The notes under the pieces: generated by a model
The model's database searches: none
What the model saw: the letters and a program-made list of their open reading frames with translations, nothing else
Told to the model about the DNA's origin: nothing
In this document: positions 52,127 to 64,000 of the stretch, one piece after another
How positions within the stretch are numbered: position 1 is the first letter of the stretch
How the letters are laid out: each line of letters opens with the position of its first letter
NCBI RefSeq assembly: GCF_006345805.1
Contig: NC_042998.1
Location: forward strand, 81,716,001-81,780,000
DNA from: Octopus sinensis
Lineage: Eukaryota
DNA: 64,000 bases
Reading direction: 5' to 3'
Position numbers and translations under genes: made by a program

Positions 52127-53074
52127 ACACACACACACATATATATATATATATACGTACATATACAAATACATATATTGGTATCTAGCTACATACACAC
52201 AAACACACACACACGCACATAGATCACTTTAGACCACAGGTCATATATCATACTCTTTTGCCTCTCACTAAATCATAATTTCAATAACACCAAGTGTATG
52301 GCCATACCATAATCATCCATACGAATCACATCATGCGCAGTACATAACAAAGCAGAATGATATATTCTCGTGCGTGTTTGATACCACATAAATCGTTATA
52401 TTTGTACCAAACTATTTTGTAAAATATGCACCGTACCAATGCCTTGAAATGTAGATCGGTGCATCGCGAAAATAATGAAACGATATAAAAAAAATACGGA
52501 ATATTAAAAATAAAAGCTGAAGATGAATCAAACTTATGTTTATCTCAAATATGTTCAAAGAAAAACAAAATCTAGTAAAACATCCAAAATATAAAGCGCA
52601 GTTTTTTATCCCTTAACAAGTTGCATATATTTATTGAATAAAGAAGTAAGTTTATTATAATTCTCTGCAGTTAAAATTTATCGACTAAATATATATTTAT
52701 TGAATGAAATATACAACAGGCACTTCTAATAAATTTCCTTGTCTTGGTTCACGAAGTACACGAAAGTATTTTTATTAGCATTAAATTGAAGAATTCTTAA
52801 AACACATTCTAGAAACCAATTGTGTACACATATATGTGTTTGTTTGTGTGTACGAACATACATGCAAATATGAATATATAAGTACGTATGTCGTTAAAAG
52901 CTTATACAAGACCACTCCTATATAGTTCTCAGTTATATCAAAATTATTATTAAGGGTATCTAAAAGATCCCATCATGCTAGAGATAGCAGTGAAAACTTG
53001 ACTCTAAAACCACATCAAGTATTCATAGAGCACCAGGAGAGAACACAAAGAGACAAAATAAACTAGCAAAAATT

Positions 53075-55226
53075 GTTGGATAACAAAATGTAACACACGT
53101 TATGTTTATTTGTATTTTTTAATGTTCATACATGCATTTTTTGCCACTAAATTCAAAATTCACATTTATTTTGACGTAACATCGATAGTTATATATTTAT
53201 TCCTAATTTCATATTTCCTCGTTATATTTGTAACTTTTCTCTACAGTACTTTGTTGGTTCAATCTATTCTAGTATTGTAAGGATAATTACACAACATTAA
53301 AAGGTATTTAGGAAGTTTAATATTAGTTAGAACAAAAAGAAACAATAAAACTCTGCACTGTAAATACCTTGATAATTATTTTCTTAAGATGAGAAGTGCT
53401 TTGACGATCGAGATTTTCTGGAGAGTATACCTTCAGCTCTTCTGACTAGAGACCATATATAATCTCCCATCATAGCAGTATCCCATCGTCCTTGGTACCT
53501 TCTTTCTATAGTTGAGATGTCCTGATGAAATCTTTCACCATGCTCCCCACTGACATCGGGGGGAAAATCTAGGTGAGAGTTCAGACAACCCATTTTCTTG
53601 AACTTTTCAATAAGCTTTGCAACCAGCTGCTGGTAATTAGGATCCTTGTGATTTCCTAGAGATCCACGAACTACATCACGAAATGCACACCAAGCTTCTT
53701 TTTCAACTTTTGTCATCGCTCTTTCCAGTTTCTTCGACTTTAGCATTGCATTTACTTGGGGCCCAACAAATATGCAACCCTTGATCTTAGCCTCAGATAG
53801 CTTTGGAAACATAAGATAAATTTCTTAAAAAGCTTCTCCTCTAAAATCGAAAGCCTTCACAAACTGTTTTACTAATCCGAGTTTGATATGAATTGTGGGT
53901 AATAAGATTTTGTTGGAATCTACTAGTGGCTGTTTGAGAACATTTAACATTCTTGGCTGCAGTTCCACTCGTGGGGGCCAATGTACTCTCTTGTAATGAT
54001 GATCATCAGATCTGCTGTCCCATAAGCAAAGGAAACATGAATACTTTGTGTATCCCCCTTGCAAGCCAAGCAAGAAGGCAAGCACCTTGAAATTACCACA
54101 AACATCTCACTTGAACTCAGCGTAATTTATTTTGTCGAGAAGTTCTTTGACATTGGAGTGTGCAAGAAGCAAAGAAGGATATTTATTTCCATTGTGGAGC
54201 AACACTGCTTTGAGAGTTCGTGTTGAGCTATCTACGAACAGTCGCCATTCTGCAGAATTATGCTTGAATCCAATAGCAGTAAACAAACCAATCACATCTT
54301 TACAATAACACAGATCATTAATATTTTCATAGTAAATTGCAAATACTTCATGGCGTTTCCAGTACAGAGATGTCTTTCAGTCAACCCCAGTAGATTCCAT
54401 TCCTTCAACCTTGATGAAAGAAGTTCAGCTCCTGACTTAGTAAGACTCAGATCCCTGATTAAATCATCTAGCTCACTCTGATTTGGAAAGTGAGGCTCCG
54501 AAGCCGTTGTTGGTACGAAAGTTTCTTCCATTTCTTGGCTGCTGCTACTTGTTGACTCTTCAGATGAAATATTTTCTGGTGGTAATGATACTCATAAACT
54601 GTCACCATGTGGGACAGGGGCTCTACATGATGGTATGTCTGGATACTGAAGAGATTGTCTTCCTTTCACTTTTCTGTACTTTATCACATCGATCATACAA
54701 AAGTAACAGTCATCGTGATGGTTCTTTGGCTCTCTCCATACCCTTGGAATGGCAAAAGGCATTGTCCTTCCTGTACCTCTTAACCATCCTTCTAGAGTAG
54801 ATCGGCAGTTTCCATATATCACATGCGGGGCCCATGGTTTGTTCTAGTCACCCATGGGCATTCTGAAATAGTCTGTACGCTATCCACAATTTAGCACCTT
54901 TCACTATCTTATGTAATACCTGCTTTTTTCCAATATAATAACCATACACATAGCAAAATGTATCTGGAGAATTTCTACATCATCTAGTTGCCATCCTGAA
55001 AGTAGCAGAACTTAGTAATTGGTCTGAAAGAGAAAATTAGACATATATTTAGTAGCGGGACATTATAACAATACCGAATACGTAATATTATTGAAAGTCG
55101 ACATATTTTTTTAACTGTTGATGATACACAAAAAAGTAATTCCATTTTTGGAATCAGCAAAAAAAAATGGATTGATAAACAGTAAAAAAATACAATAACC
55201 ATTTTTTAAAAAATTGTTACGTTGTG
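53075..55226 (-). mobile_element. Decayed Chapaev3-like (CMC superfamily) DNA transposon
   Basis: MPFAIPRVWREPKNHHDDCYFC, WRLFVDSS, LGLQGGYTKYSCFLCLWDSR, IHIKLGL, EHGERFHQDI; imperfect ~120-bp TIRs (taacaa... / ...ttgttacgttgtg). Family name recalled from motifs. Confidence 0.78.
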
Positions 55227-55308
55227 TAATTGCAGATCCCGGATGTCTGACTTTGCATAAGAAATGATTTGCCTCATCGGTGGAATATACACAAAATAAT
55301 ACATAAAT

Positions 55309-55343
<35 letters not shown>

Positions 55344-55374
55344 CAAAATAAACAACGAGGGTATCCAGAGGTAA

Positions 55375-55461
55375 TGCAGTACGATCGTTTCATGCAACTC
55401 ACTTTAATTGAACAATGCAATCATTACATCAATTTAAAATGCAGAGCAATCTTCAGCTGTA
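55375..55461 (-). ncRNA. Type I hammerhead ribozyme motif (inverted copy)
   Basis: Reverse complement reads tacag-CTGAAGA-...-GAAA-cgatcg-TA-ctgca; one stem I mismatch. Confidence 0.68.
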
Positions 55462-55681
55462 AAAAGACATTGAATTTAATTAAATTGGAACAGTCTTTTA
55501 TTGATAATAGCTTAATTACTAATTACTATGGTAAAGTATATGTAGCTTATTAACACCAATAGGGAAGATTTTTAGAAAAAGTATAATAATTCAAAATATA
55601 TTAGACTAAAAATTATATATTTACTTATTAAGCTATTATCAATAAAAGACTGTTCCAATTTAATTAAATTCTATGTCTTTG

Positions 55682-55768
55682 TGCAGCTGAAGATTGCTCT
55701 GCATTTTAAATTGATGTAATGATTTCATTGTTCAATTAAATTGAGTTGCATGAAACGATCGTACTGCA
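55682..55768 (+). ncRNA. Type I hammerhead ribozyme motif
   Basis: Stem I tgcag/ctgca; CTGAAGA 55687-55693; long stem II; GAAA 55752-55755; palindromic stem III acgatcgt; GUA triplet. Confidence 0.78.
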
Positions 55769-55919
55769 TTACCTCTGGATATCTTTGATTTTAATCATCT
55801 TACTTTGAAATTGTATGGATAATACCGTACTAAACTCTGGTGCCTCAACTTAAGTACCATATTCATCTGAATTCTTTCTCTCTTTCTTTCTTCCTCTCTC
55901 TCTCTCTCTCTCTCTCTCT

Positions 55920-55988
<69 letters not shown>

Positions 55989-55991
<3 letters not shown>

Positions 55992-56133
55992 ACTTATAAA
56001 ACAAGGGCAAAAGAAAAAAATTCTAATGCCAAATATGCCGAAAATAGACAAATTGTCAATAACCATTACAACCTATCATTGGGCATTAGAAATTTTTTCT
56101 TCTGCCCTTGCTTTATAAGTTATTTATAAATTT
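55989..56133. repeat. Inverted repeat with ~42-bp arms between (TA)n tracts
   Basis: ataacttataaaacaagggca...ctaatgcc pairs with ggcattag...tgcccttgctttataagttat. Confidence 0.85.
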
Positions 56134-56203
56134 AACCTTTAATGGTATTTTTTAATATGCTGGCCATTGATAAAATTGTTTTCGAAAAATTTTATCCCAT
56201 TAT

Positions 56204-56254
<51 letters not shown>

Positions 56255-57344
56255 ATAGGGCACGATCTCCTGCATCGTGACTGCCATCAGTATTGTCCAA
56301 TATGTGTGGTTAAGGCTGCACCAAATCTTCTCAGTTACAACCCCAGGAAAGATTAGAGAAACCTTGAAGCTTTTTCATTTTATTTAGATGGATATCCTTC
56401 TTGGTTACGAAGTCATACTTGATTACGAGTGATGGCTAAGAAAACGATATTTCTGGCAGTCCGTTGGTCAGGACGACGAGGGTTCCAGTTGATTTGATCA
56501 ATGGAACGGTCTGCTCGTGAAATTAACGTGCAAGTAGTTGAGTACTCAAGAGAGGTGCTTAGTCTTAATGTAGTTCTCAGGGAGATTCAGCATGACAATA
56601 GATGTGACAAGGTCGGCAATTTGAATTACAAGTACAGCCGCTTTTACCAGGTGAGTGGCTACAGCAATATAAAATAATGTGTATTGCTCAAGAACGGAAC
56701 GCATTACCAAGAATCGAACTCACGTCCGTGAGCCGAATAACTTAGGCACTAAGGGCAAGGGCAAGATATAAGACGTATAGCATAACACGCCTTCTTTTCT
56801 ACTAAACCACGACCTTAATACAACCACTGTATACTATATAACATCACCACGTCCTTTTACTTTAGCCAATGATGAGGGATTTTATATTTATGTTCGTCCT
56901 GCTAAAATTAGTATCCAGCAGGTGAGGGCAAATTAGATAATGTAACGATAACTACTGCTGAAATAACGAGATGGCCATGGCTAGAATGATTTGATCATAG
57001 CTCTGCTCGATCAGTTTTGACATAGGGATAACATATTACATATATTTATTTTGATTTCTCTATAATCTCTAGAAATTGCATGTAATCATATAGGTCAGTT
57101 TACTCCAGCTCAATAAAACTGTTCTTGTACTATAGAATAATGATGCATTTGAATCTCACTAAACCACCATCTTCTCATAACCGCTTGCGTAACTCTTCCA
57201 TGTATCATATAAACTCACTAGTACCCCAGTTCTATCTCGTCATGATTTCATATAATCGCAATGTACTACAATCAAAACCACTCTCGTACAGCAATTCCCA
57301 TTTACTAAGTTTTGACGACACCCTTCATAGAAATATTATTTCTA

Positions 57345-57553
57345 ATCTCGGCACAGGTTCTTGAATCTTTTTGGGGAAGGGGGATAATCAATTATATGGA
57401 CCCCAGGGCGTAACTGGTACTTATTTTGTCGACCCCGAAAGGATGAAAAGCAATGTCCACCTCGGCGGGATTTGAACTCAGAACGTAACGGCAGACGAAA
57501 TACGGCTACGCATTTCACCCGGCGTGCTAACGATTCTGTCAGCTCGCCGCCTT
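57345..57553 (-). mobile_element. SINE family B monomer
   Basis: gtcgaccccgaaaggatgaaa...cagctcgccgcctt. Confidence 0.87.
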
Positions 57554-57653
57554 ACAACCTTCATATAACTATAACTACATTATACAATGCAAGGATATCT
57601 TTGCTAAGTCGATTATCAAATATATACCTTAAGGTGGTATTATGTATATATAT

Positions 57654-57697
<44 letters not shown>

Positions 57698-58507
57698 TTA
57701 ACTTTTCAACTAGAGGCTCGTTTTGAACTGAATATAATCATGATCACGCCCTTATTAACGCTACCTCCATAATCCCAAAGCGCAAAGTAGCGGCATCCCC
57801 ACTCACTTCAGTGTAACAAGTGTTTCAATATCCAAACAGAATGCAACATATTTTTAGAAAATCATGCAGGCGTACGCTCGTACAAATTCGGTATCACTTA
57901 TTACATTCTCGCGTTCTGTCATTCCGTCCTCTGTGAGTTACTATCTGGATTCCCCTCCTCTAAAACAGTTCTGCAAATACAGAGCAAATACATATTTATT
58001 CTCTCTCTCTCTCTCTCTCTCTCAATCGTCTCCCCCTCTCTCTCTTTCACACACGTATATCTCAACAAATATCTCATGTTATTTTCATATTTTCTTACAA
58101 CAGTTTAAACAGAATCTATATTATTGAGTAAATAGGTCCATATCACTTTTATTTTAGCAACTTTATATGATCAATATATTAGCAAGTAAAAACTACTTCC
58201 ACGCTTTTTATAATGACAATAATATATCACCATAAACACGACATAGGAAATTTTTTCTCGATTGAACGTAACCACTATAGAAATAGGAGAAACCATCAGC
58301 TTTTATGCAAACACATTATGCAGCGCAGGGAGCCCCTATAACTTTGTTAGGTAAATCCTAAAAACCCTCCTAAACCTGTGCAAATATATGCAGCATACAA
58401 CTGCACTAAGCAAATACCACTGTACAACAAGACAAGTGGTGGGGGACACTTTTGCTTAGAAGACCTTATCCATACTCCTAAATCCGTACGCAACAATAGA
58501 GTTTAGA

Positions 58508-58901
58508 AAGGCGGCGAGCTGGCAGAAACGTTAGCACGCCGGGTGAAATGCGTAGCCGCATTTCGTCTGCCGTTACGTTCTGAGTTCAGATTCCGCCGAG
58601 GTCGACATTGCCTTTCATCCTTTCGGGGTCGATAAATTAAGTACCAGTCACGCACTGGGGTCGATGTAATCGATTTAATCCGTTTGTCTCTCCTTGTTTG
58701 TCCTCTCTGTGTTTAGCCCCTAGTGGGTAGTAAAGAAATAGGTATTTCGTCTGTTTTTACGTTCAAATTCCGCCGAAGTCGACCTTGCTTTTCATCATTT
58801 CGGGGTTGATAAATTAGGTACCAGTTATGTACTGGGGTCGATCTAATCGACTGGGCCCCTCCCCCAAAATTTCGGGCCTTGTTCCTAGAGTAGAAAAGAA
58901 T
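58508..58901 (+). mobile_element. SINE family B dimer with 13-bp TSD
   Basis: aatagagtttaga at 58495-58507 and 58902-58914. Confidence 0.92.
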
Positions 58902-59753
58902 AATAGAGTTTAGAGACTCACAGTTTAACAACATATGCGATACAAATTAACTAAAAACATTCCCTAATTGTGAACAACTGTATTCTGTTTCAAACTGCAT
59001 GGGCCTCTCGATCCGTTTTAAATGATATATTCAGTATAACATCATAAATATAACGTGTTTACAGCTATCTTAGTACCTATACTCTATGACAAGTTACATA
59101 ACAAGGAATCAATTAATGGTTAATTTTAGTTTATTTATACAACCCTGTAACAATTCTTTACACTTCAACTTAAATACTACTTTCAGTATTCTAATTATAA
59201 TTCCTGAACGGCCCTCATTCCAACTTAAATCCAAAATTTATATAGTATAAATTAATCACTCAATCAACATTTACTGAAACTTTCATTAATATAATGTATA
59301 TCACCACAAAACTACTCTCAACCTTAAATACAACTTTCGTTATCACTGAACACTACTCAATAAAGCTTTCTTGCACTTCGGCTTAAATATTACTTTCACA
59401 CTCACACATTCTTACACTCGACCTTAACTGTGGTTTTCCAAATCACTATAAACAACAGTGACGTTTCCATACACTCCACCCTACATGTCACGGTATGCAA
59501 ATCAAGACAGATTTTAGCGCTTAATTTCTTAATTTTTTCATTAAGTAAAATTAAGTATGTTACCCACACGTTAAGCGCTATTTTCAATAGCAAGATATAT
59601 GTCGCAGGACAACACCTGACTCCGCCCTAAATATTACATTCATTGCCACTATATAAAACCTAGGGAACATCTCTTACTTCAGCTTTACTTCATCATGCAG
59701 CAGAAATGTAGAGATTAAAAGTAAATTACTCAGCCAATATTAACCGCTTCTTT

Positions 59754-60110
59754 GAGGCGGCGAGCTGGCAGAAACGTTAGCACGCCGGGCGAAATGCGTA
59801 GCCGTATTTCGTCTGCAGTTACGTTCTGAGTTCAAATTCCGCCGAGGTCGACTTTGCCTTTCATATTTTCGGGGTCGATTAAATAAGTACCAGTTACGCT
59901 ATATGGTCGATATAATCGACTTAATCCGTCCGTTTGTCGCTCCTTGTTTGTCCTCTCTGTGTGTAGCCCCTTGTGGGTAGTAAAAGAAATAGGTATTCTG
60001 AGTTCAAATTCCGCTGAGATCGACTTTGCCTTTCATCCTTTGCCTTTCATCCTTTTGGGGTCTATAAATTAAGTACCAGTTGTTATCCTTGTGCCTAGAG
60101 TAGAAAAGAA
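59754..60110 (+). mobile_element. SINE family B dimer inserted in the tandem array
   Basis: Canonical head and core; second unit partly deleted. Confidence 0.88.
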
Positions 60111-63014
60111 TATTAACTGCAACATTCAACAGCAAGGTGTGCGTCACAAGACAACAGCTCACTCCGCCTTAGAACTACTTTCACTATCATTATATAAAGC
60201 TCACTCCAGCTCAGTCACTATTTCCAGATGCGGAGGCGCGTAGACTAGTGGTTAGAATGTTGGACTCATGATTGTAAGATTGTGGTTTCAATTCCTGCAC
60301 CGGGCGACGTTTTGCGTTCTTGAGCAATGCGCTTCATTTCACACTCTTCCAGCCCACTCAGCTAGCAAAAATAAGTAATGCTGCGACGAAGAAGATTCCC
60401 GTCCTGGTGGTGTATATATACGCCATGAAACCGGGAAACCAGCCCTTATGAATCGGTATGACTCAAGAAAGTAACTTTAACATTTTTACTACTTCCAGAT
60501 CAACAGAAAATATAGTCTTTTACTCTACTTCAACTGCTGCTTTCAGTAACACATTATGCAGTATAGAAAACTCGCTCACTCCCTATAAAACAATATCTTC
60601 AGAATAGCATCACCTAATTTCACTACAACACGTATTTTATATTCACAATTTACGAGAGGGACACACGACTTATTTATTGTACACCGCCTGAACTGCAACT
60701 TTCAGTAACCCCATATACAATATCCACCTATTTTGTTACACTCCGCCTTCACTGTTACGTTCAGAGTCAATGTACACATCTCAGAAACATCTCTTAATTT
60801 CTTAAGTCGGTAGGAGGATATACAGAAAAGTAAACCGCTCGCTGCATATTAACCGCTACTTTCACTAGCAGGAGAACATCGCACTCCGCCACAAATGTTA
60901 TTCTCTTTGTCACTGGATAAAACTCAAGAGTAGTTCTTACTCCACTTTAACTTTACCATTCCGTTGCAGGGTGTGAACTTAAAGTATGCCTCTCACTCCA
61001 CATTAACCGCTACTTTCTATAGCAACGACAGCATTTCGTTCCTTACTAACTACTACCTTCAATATCATTGTAATCAACCCGCTTCAACTCAACCACTGTC
61101 TAGCACAGAAAATAAAATCTCTAACTTTACCGCAACTAACGCTTTCACTGAAACCGTAAACCGAACAGGAAAATATTTCACTCGGTGAAAACTAATTTTG
61201 TTTTTCATAATGACGCGATAAATCACAAGAGTATTTTATTTTACACATATAGCTATTCTCTTTTTATTCAATATCGAAGCATACAGAGATGTGTTATTTT
61301 CATATTAAAAGATATTCTGTAATACAGAATAAGAACACATTATCTCATTCCAATTACATTACTACGTTGCAATAACTATTTACTCCGACTAAACCGCCGT
61401 TTTCATAATCACATTATACCACATAGCAACAACGATTTATTTCACCGCTACTTCAGAATGACAGTATACAGCACACGACCAAATACACTGATTTCATTTC
61501 AACTGTAAACTTCATTGCACAACGCAACTCAAACACTCACTCTATCTTAGATACTACTTTCGGCAGTTTGATTGATATTTAATACAATAAAAAGCCTTAT
61601 ATCATCACAACCACTACTTTTAAAATCACGTTATACCTCACAGGAGGACTTCATTTACTTCATTTTCACCTGAAATATCATAACGTGGCTCAATGTACGA
61701 TGCAGGAATAATTCACTCTTCAAATTAAAAACTTCTCTTACAATATAGCACCAGAACACACGTGGATTTATACAACTTGGATAAATGCATTTCGAAACCT
61801 CAGTAATATTTTTTTACTCCAGCTTAATAGTTACCATTTCTTAATAGAACCATTTCTTATACTTTACTATAACTATTACTTTTAGTGTACATCTAAGTAA
61901 CACATTCTGATATGACAATTTTTCCTGCTGTTTAACTACTACTGTATACAACACGGTAATGCTTTCTTACAACTCTAACGTAATAACTATCTTCTCTATA
62001 TCAACACAGTAGCACTTTCTTATACTGCACTATAACTGCCGCTTTAAGTATCTCTGCATACAACACAGTATGAATTTCCTGATTCTGCCTAAGCTGCTAC
62101 TTTCAGCACCACCGTATGCAACACATTAACGCTTTCTTACACTCCAACTTTGTTGCTTTCATTATTGTTGTCAACAACACAAACACCTTGTTAAATTATA
62201 GCATTACTAATTTCATTATTATTGTTAATAACACAGAACGCTTTCTCCAATTTCATTTAAACTGCTATTTTGCATACAGTAAGGGCTTTCTCATACTCCA
62301 ACTGAAATGCTCCTTTCACTGTCAGAGTTAACTCGCACTCCGCCTAAACTTCAACCTTCATTAGCTAGGCATGCGGCTTAAGAAAATCTCTCACTCCACA
62401 TTAACCGCTACTTTCATTATCGCATAAAATATATCCCCAGAAAATGTCTCACTCCACCCATACTGCTACTTTCACAATTAGTATATACAGCTCTGTGCAG
62501 CTCAGCCGCTATCTTCAGTATACACCATAAGAAGACTCCTCACTCCACATTAAGCGCTGCTTCTATTAGTAGAGTATATGTATCAGATGAAAACATCTTA
62601 CTCCACCTTAACTGCTACTTTCACTATCGGGGTAAACAACTCGATGCACTTCTACTGCTACTTGCAATAATAAAGTGTACAGCATGGGAAAAGTCTATCA
62701 CTCTCTTTAATCCGATATATTTAGAATCTCGGTATATACAACGTATGATCAACTAATGTTACAGAGTGACAATTTCCCCCACTCCACCTTAGCTATCAGT
62801 GTCAGTGTCTCTGTATACGAGAGAGTAATGTTTTCTTGCACTCCGACTTAACTGCTACTATCAACATCACTGTATACAACTCAGAACCAGTTCGCACTCC
62901 AACAAAAAAGTCAATTTTCATTTGTATGGTACACAGCATAAGAGAATCTATCACACTACGTTAACTACAACTTCCAGCAGCGCAGTATATAATCGCCGGT
63001 AAAATATTTTCATA

Positions 63015-63100
63015 AGTAGCAACACCAAATGGCGGTGCCCCAGCATGGCCACGGCTCATAAGCTGAAACTAGAATCAATCAATCAATCAATCAATCAATC
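63015..63100 (+). mobile_element. Very short CR1-like 3' end with (AATC)n tail
   Basis: ggcggtgccccagcatggccacggctcataagctgaaac followed by (aatc)n; matches 34195-34235. Confidence 0.75.
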
Positions 63101-64000
63101 AGATATCAACGGAAAACATCTCACTCCATCTACTTTCACTTAGGTTTATACAACTCGCTGCATCTCAACTCCTACTTTCTGTAAAGAGGCATGCAGCACT
63201 TGAAGATCTTTCTATTCCTGTAAACCGATATATTCAGATTCATACTATAAAATATAATAGCACATAATGTCACACACAACTTATATTTGTTATTCAATAT
63301 CCCAGTTTGCAAGACAGAGACGTGTTGTTTTACATTAGATATTATCTTTTATAATTTAACACGAGAGCCCATATTAAAGATTGCTATTTGGAAACTATGT
63401 TAGAATGACTATTAGCAAGAGTGAAATTATTATTTGCTTCCACTAAACTGATACTTTCATAATCGCAGTATATCAGACAGAAACAACGAATCATTTAACT
63501 CCAACTTAACTGCTACATTTAGAATTGTTGTATGCAGCGAGGCACTAACTTTAGTTAAATTTTTCTTTTCGTATACAGCGCAGCAGAATCCCTCACTACA
63601 TCCTATGCACTAAACCTAAACACAACAAAATCTCTCACGCCAACGTTGTACATCGCAGAAATAATGTTCTTTAATGATTTATTACAAGACTATTCATGAC
63701 TAAATTCCTCATGGACGACTGTATATAAAATCCATTTAAGAACTTTCTTTAACTCCACCCTGATCGTGTCATTTAGAATCCTTGAATGCTACACAGAAGA
63801 CATCACCCTAATTGCAGCTTCACCCTAATTGCAGCTTCAGCGTTATTGTGAAAACCCAATTGCACTTTCTTATACTCTACCTCAACTTCCATTTTAGTAT
63901 TGCTTGGTATATTACAGTAACGATTTACCTTAACTACTAATTTCAGTCTCACCTAAGACAGAAGAGCAATACTTTCTTACAACTCAACTCAGCTGTCACT

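Larger units (their letters stand above)
55362..55781. repeat. Inverted repeat with ~155-bp arms (55362-55516, 55627-55781) next to (TA)n
   Basis: Arms are reverse complements with only a few substitutions; ~110-bp spacer. Confidence 0.93.
58920..64000. repeat. Degenerate ~55-60-bp tandem array, core ACTCCACCTTAACTGCTACTTTCA
   Basis: Core variants recur at about 59161, 59217, 59314, 59375, 59416, 59619, 60161, 60522, 62393, 62450, 62544, 62600, 62840, 63498 and elsewhere; interrupted by SINEs. Confidence 0.8.

Noticed and set aside
3996-56066. Many ORFs of poly-I, poly-N, YIYI, HTHT or CVCV type
   Set aside because: They are translations of microsatellites.
58920-64000. CRISPR array interpretation of the repeat-spacer-like pattern
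   Set aside because: Repeats are heavily degenerate, linkers are related to each other (gtatacaacacag-like), no cas genes are present and the context is eukaryotic.

Overview
This is a repeat-dense, AT-rich eukaryotic window with no supportable host gene. The SINE repertoire resembles what I recall from Octopus; that assignment is an inference. The window contains: (i) a near-intact, apparently young Tx1/L1-clade LINE (40793-46179; ORF1 with a CCHC knuckle, ORF2 APE-RT) inserted into the tRNA-like head of a SINE with a perfect 16-bp target-site duplication (TSD), plus two other Tx1-like relics, one sitting in a (TAGA)n array with an 18-bp TSD; (ii) about nine decayed R4/Dong-like (RT + restriction-like endonuclease, RLE) LINE fragments, mostly in (TAA)n arrays; (iii) CR1-like 3' ends, two mariner relics and a decayed Chapaev3-like DNA transposon; (iv) four tRNA-derived SINE families, two of which share tail sequence with LINEs present in this window (CR1-like and Tx1-like); (v) several unrelated short fold-back inserts in (TA)n tracts, carrying three type-I hammerhead ribozyme motifs and one variant, as expected for Penelope-like terminal repeats or retrozymes; (vi) a >=5-kb degenerate ~57-bp tandem array with a conserved ~24-nt core that runs off the right end. 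SINE and LINE family letters (A-D) are my own labels. Boundaries of decayed elements are approximate and all alignments were done by eye.
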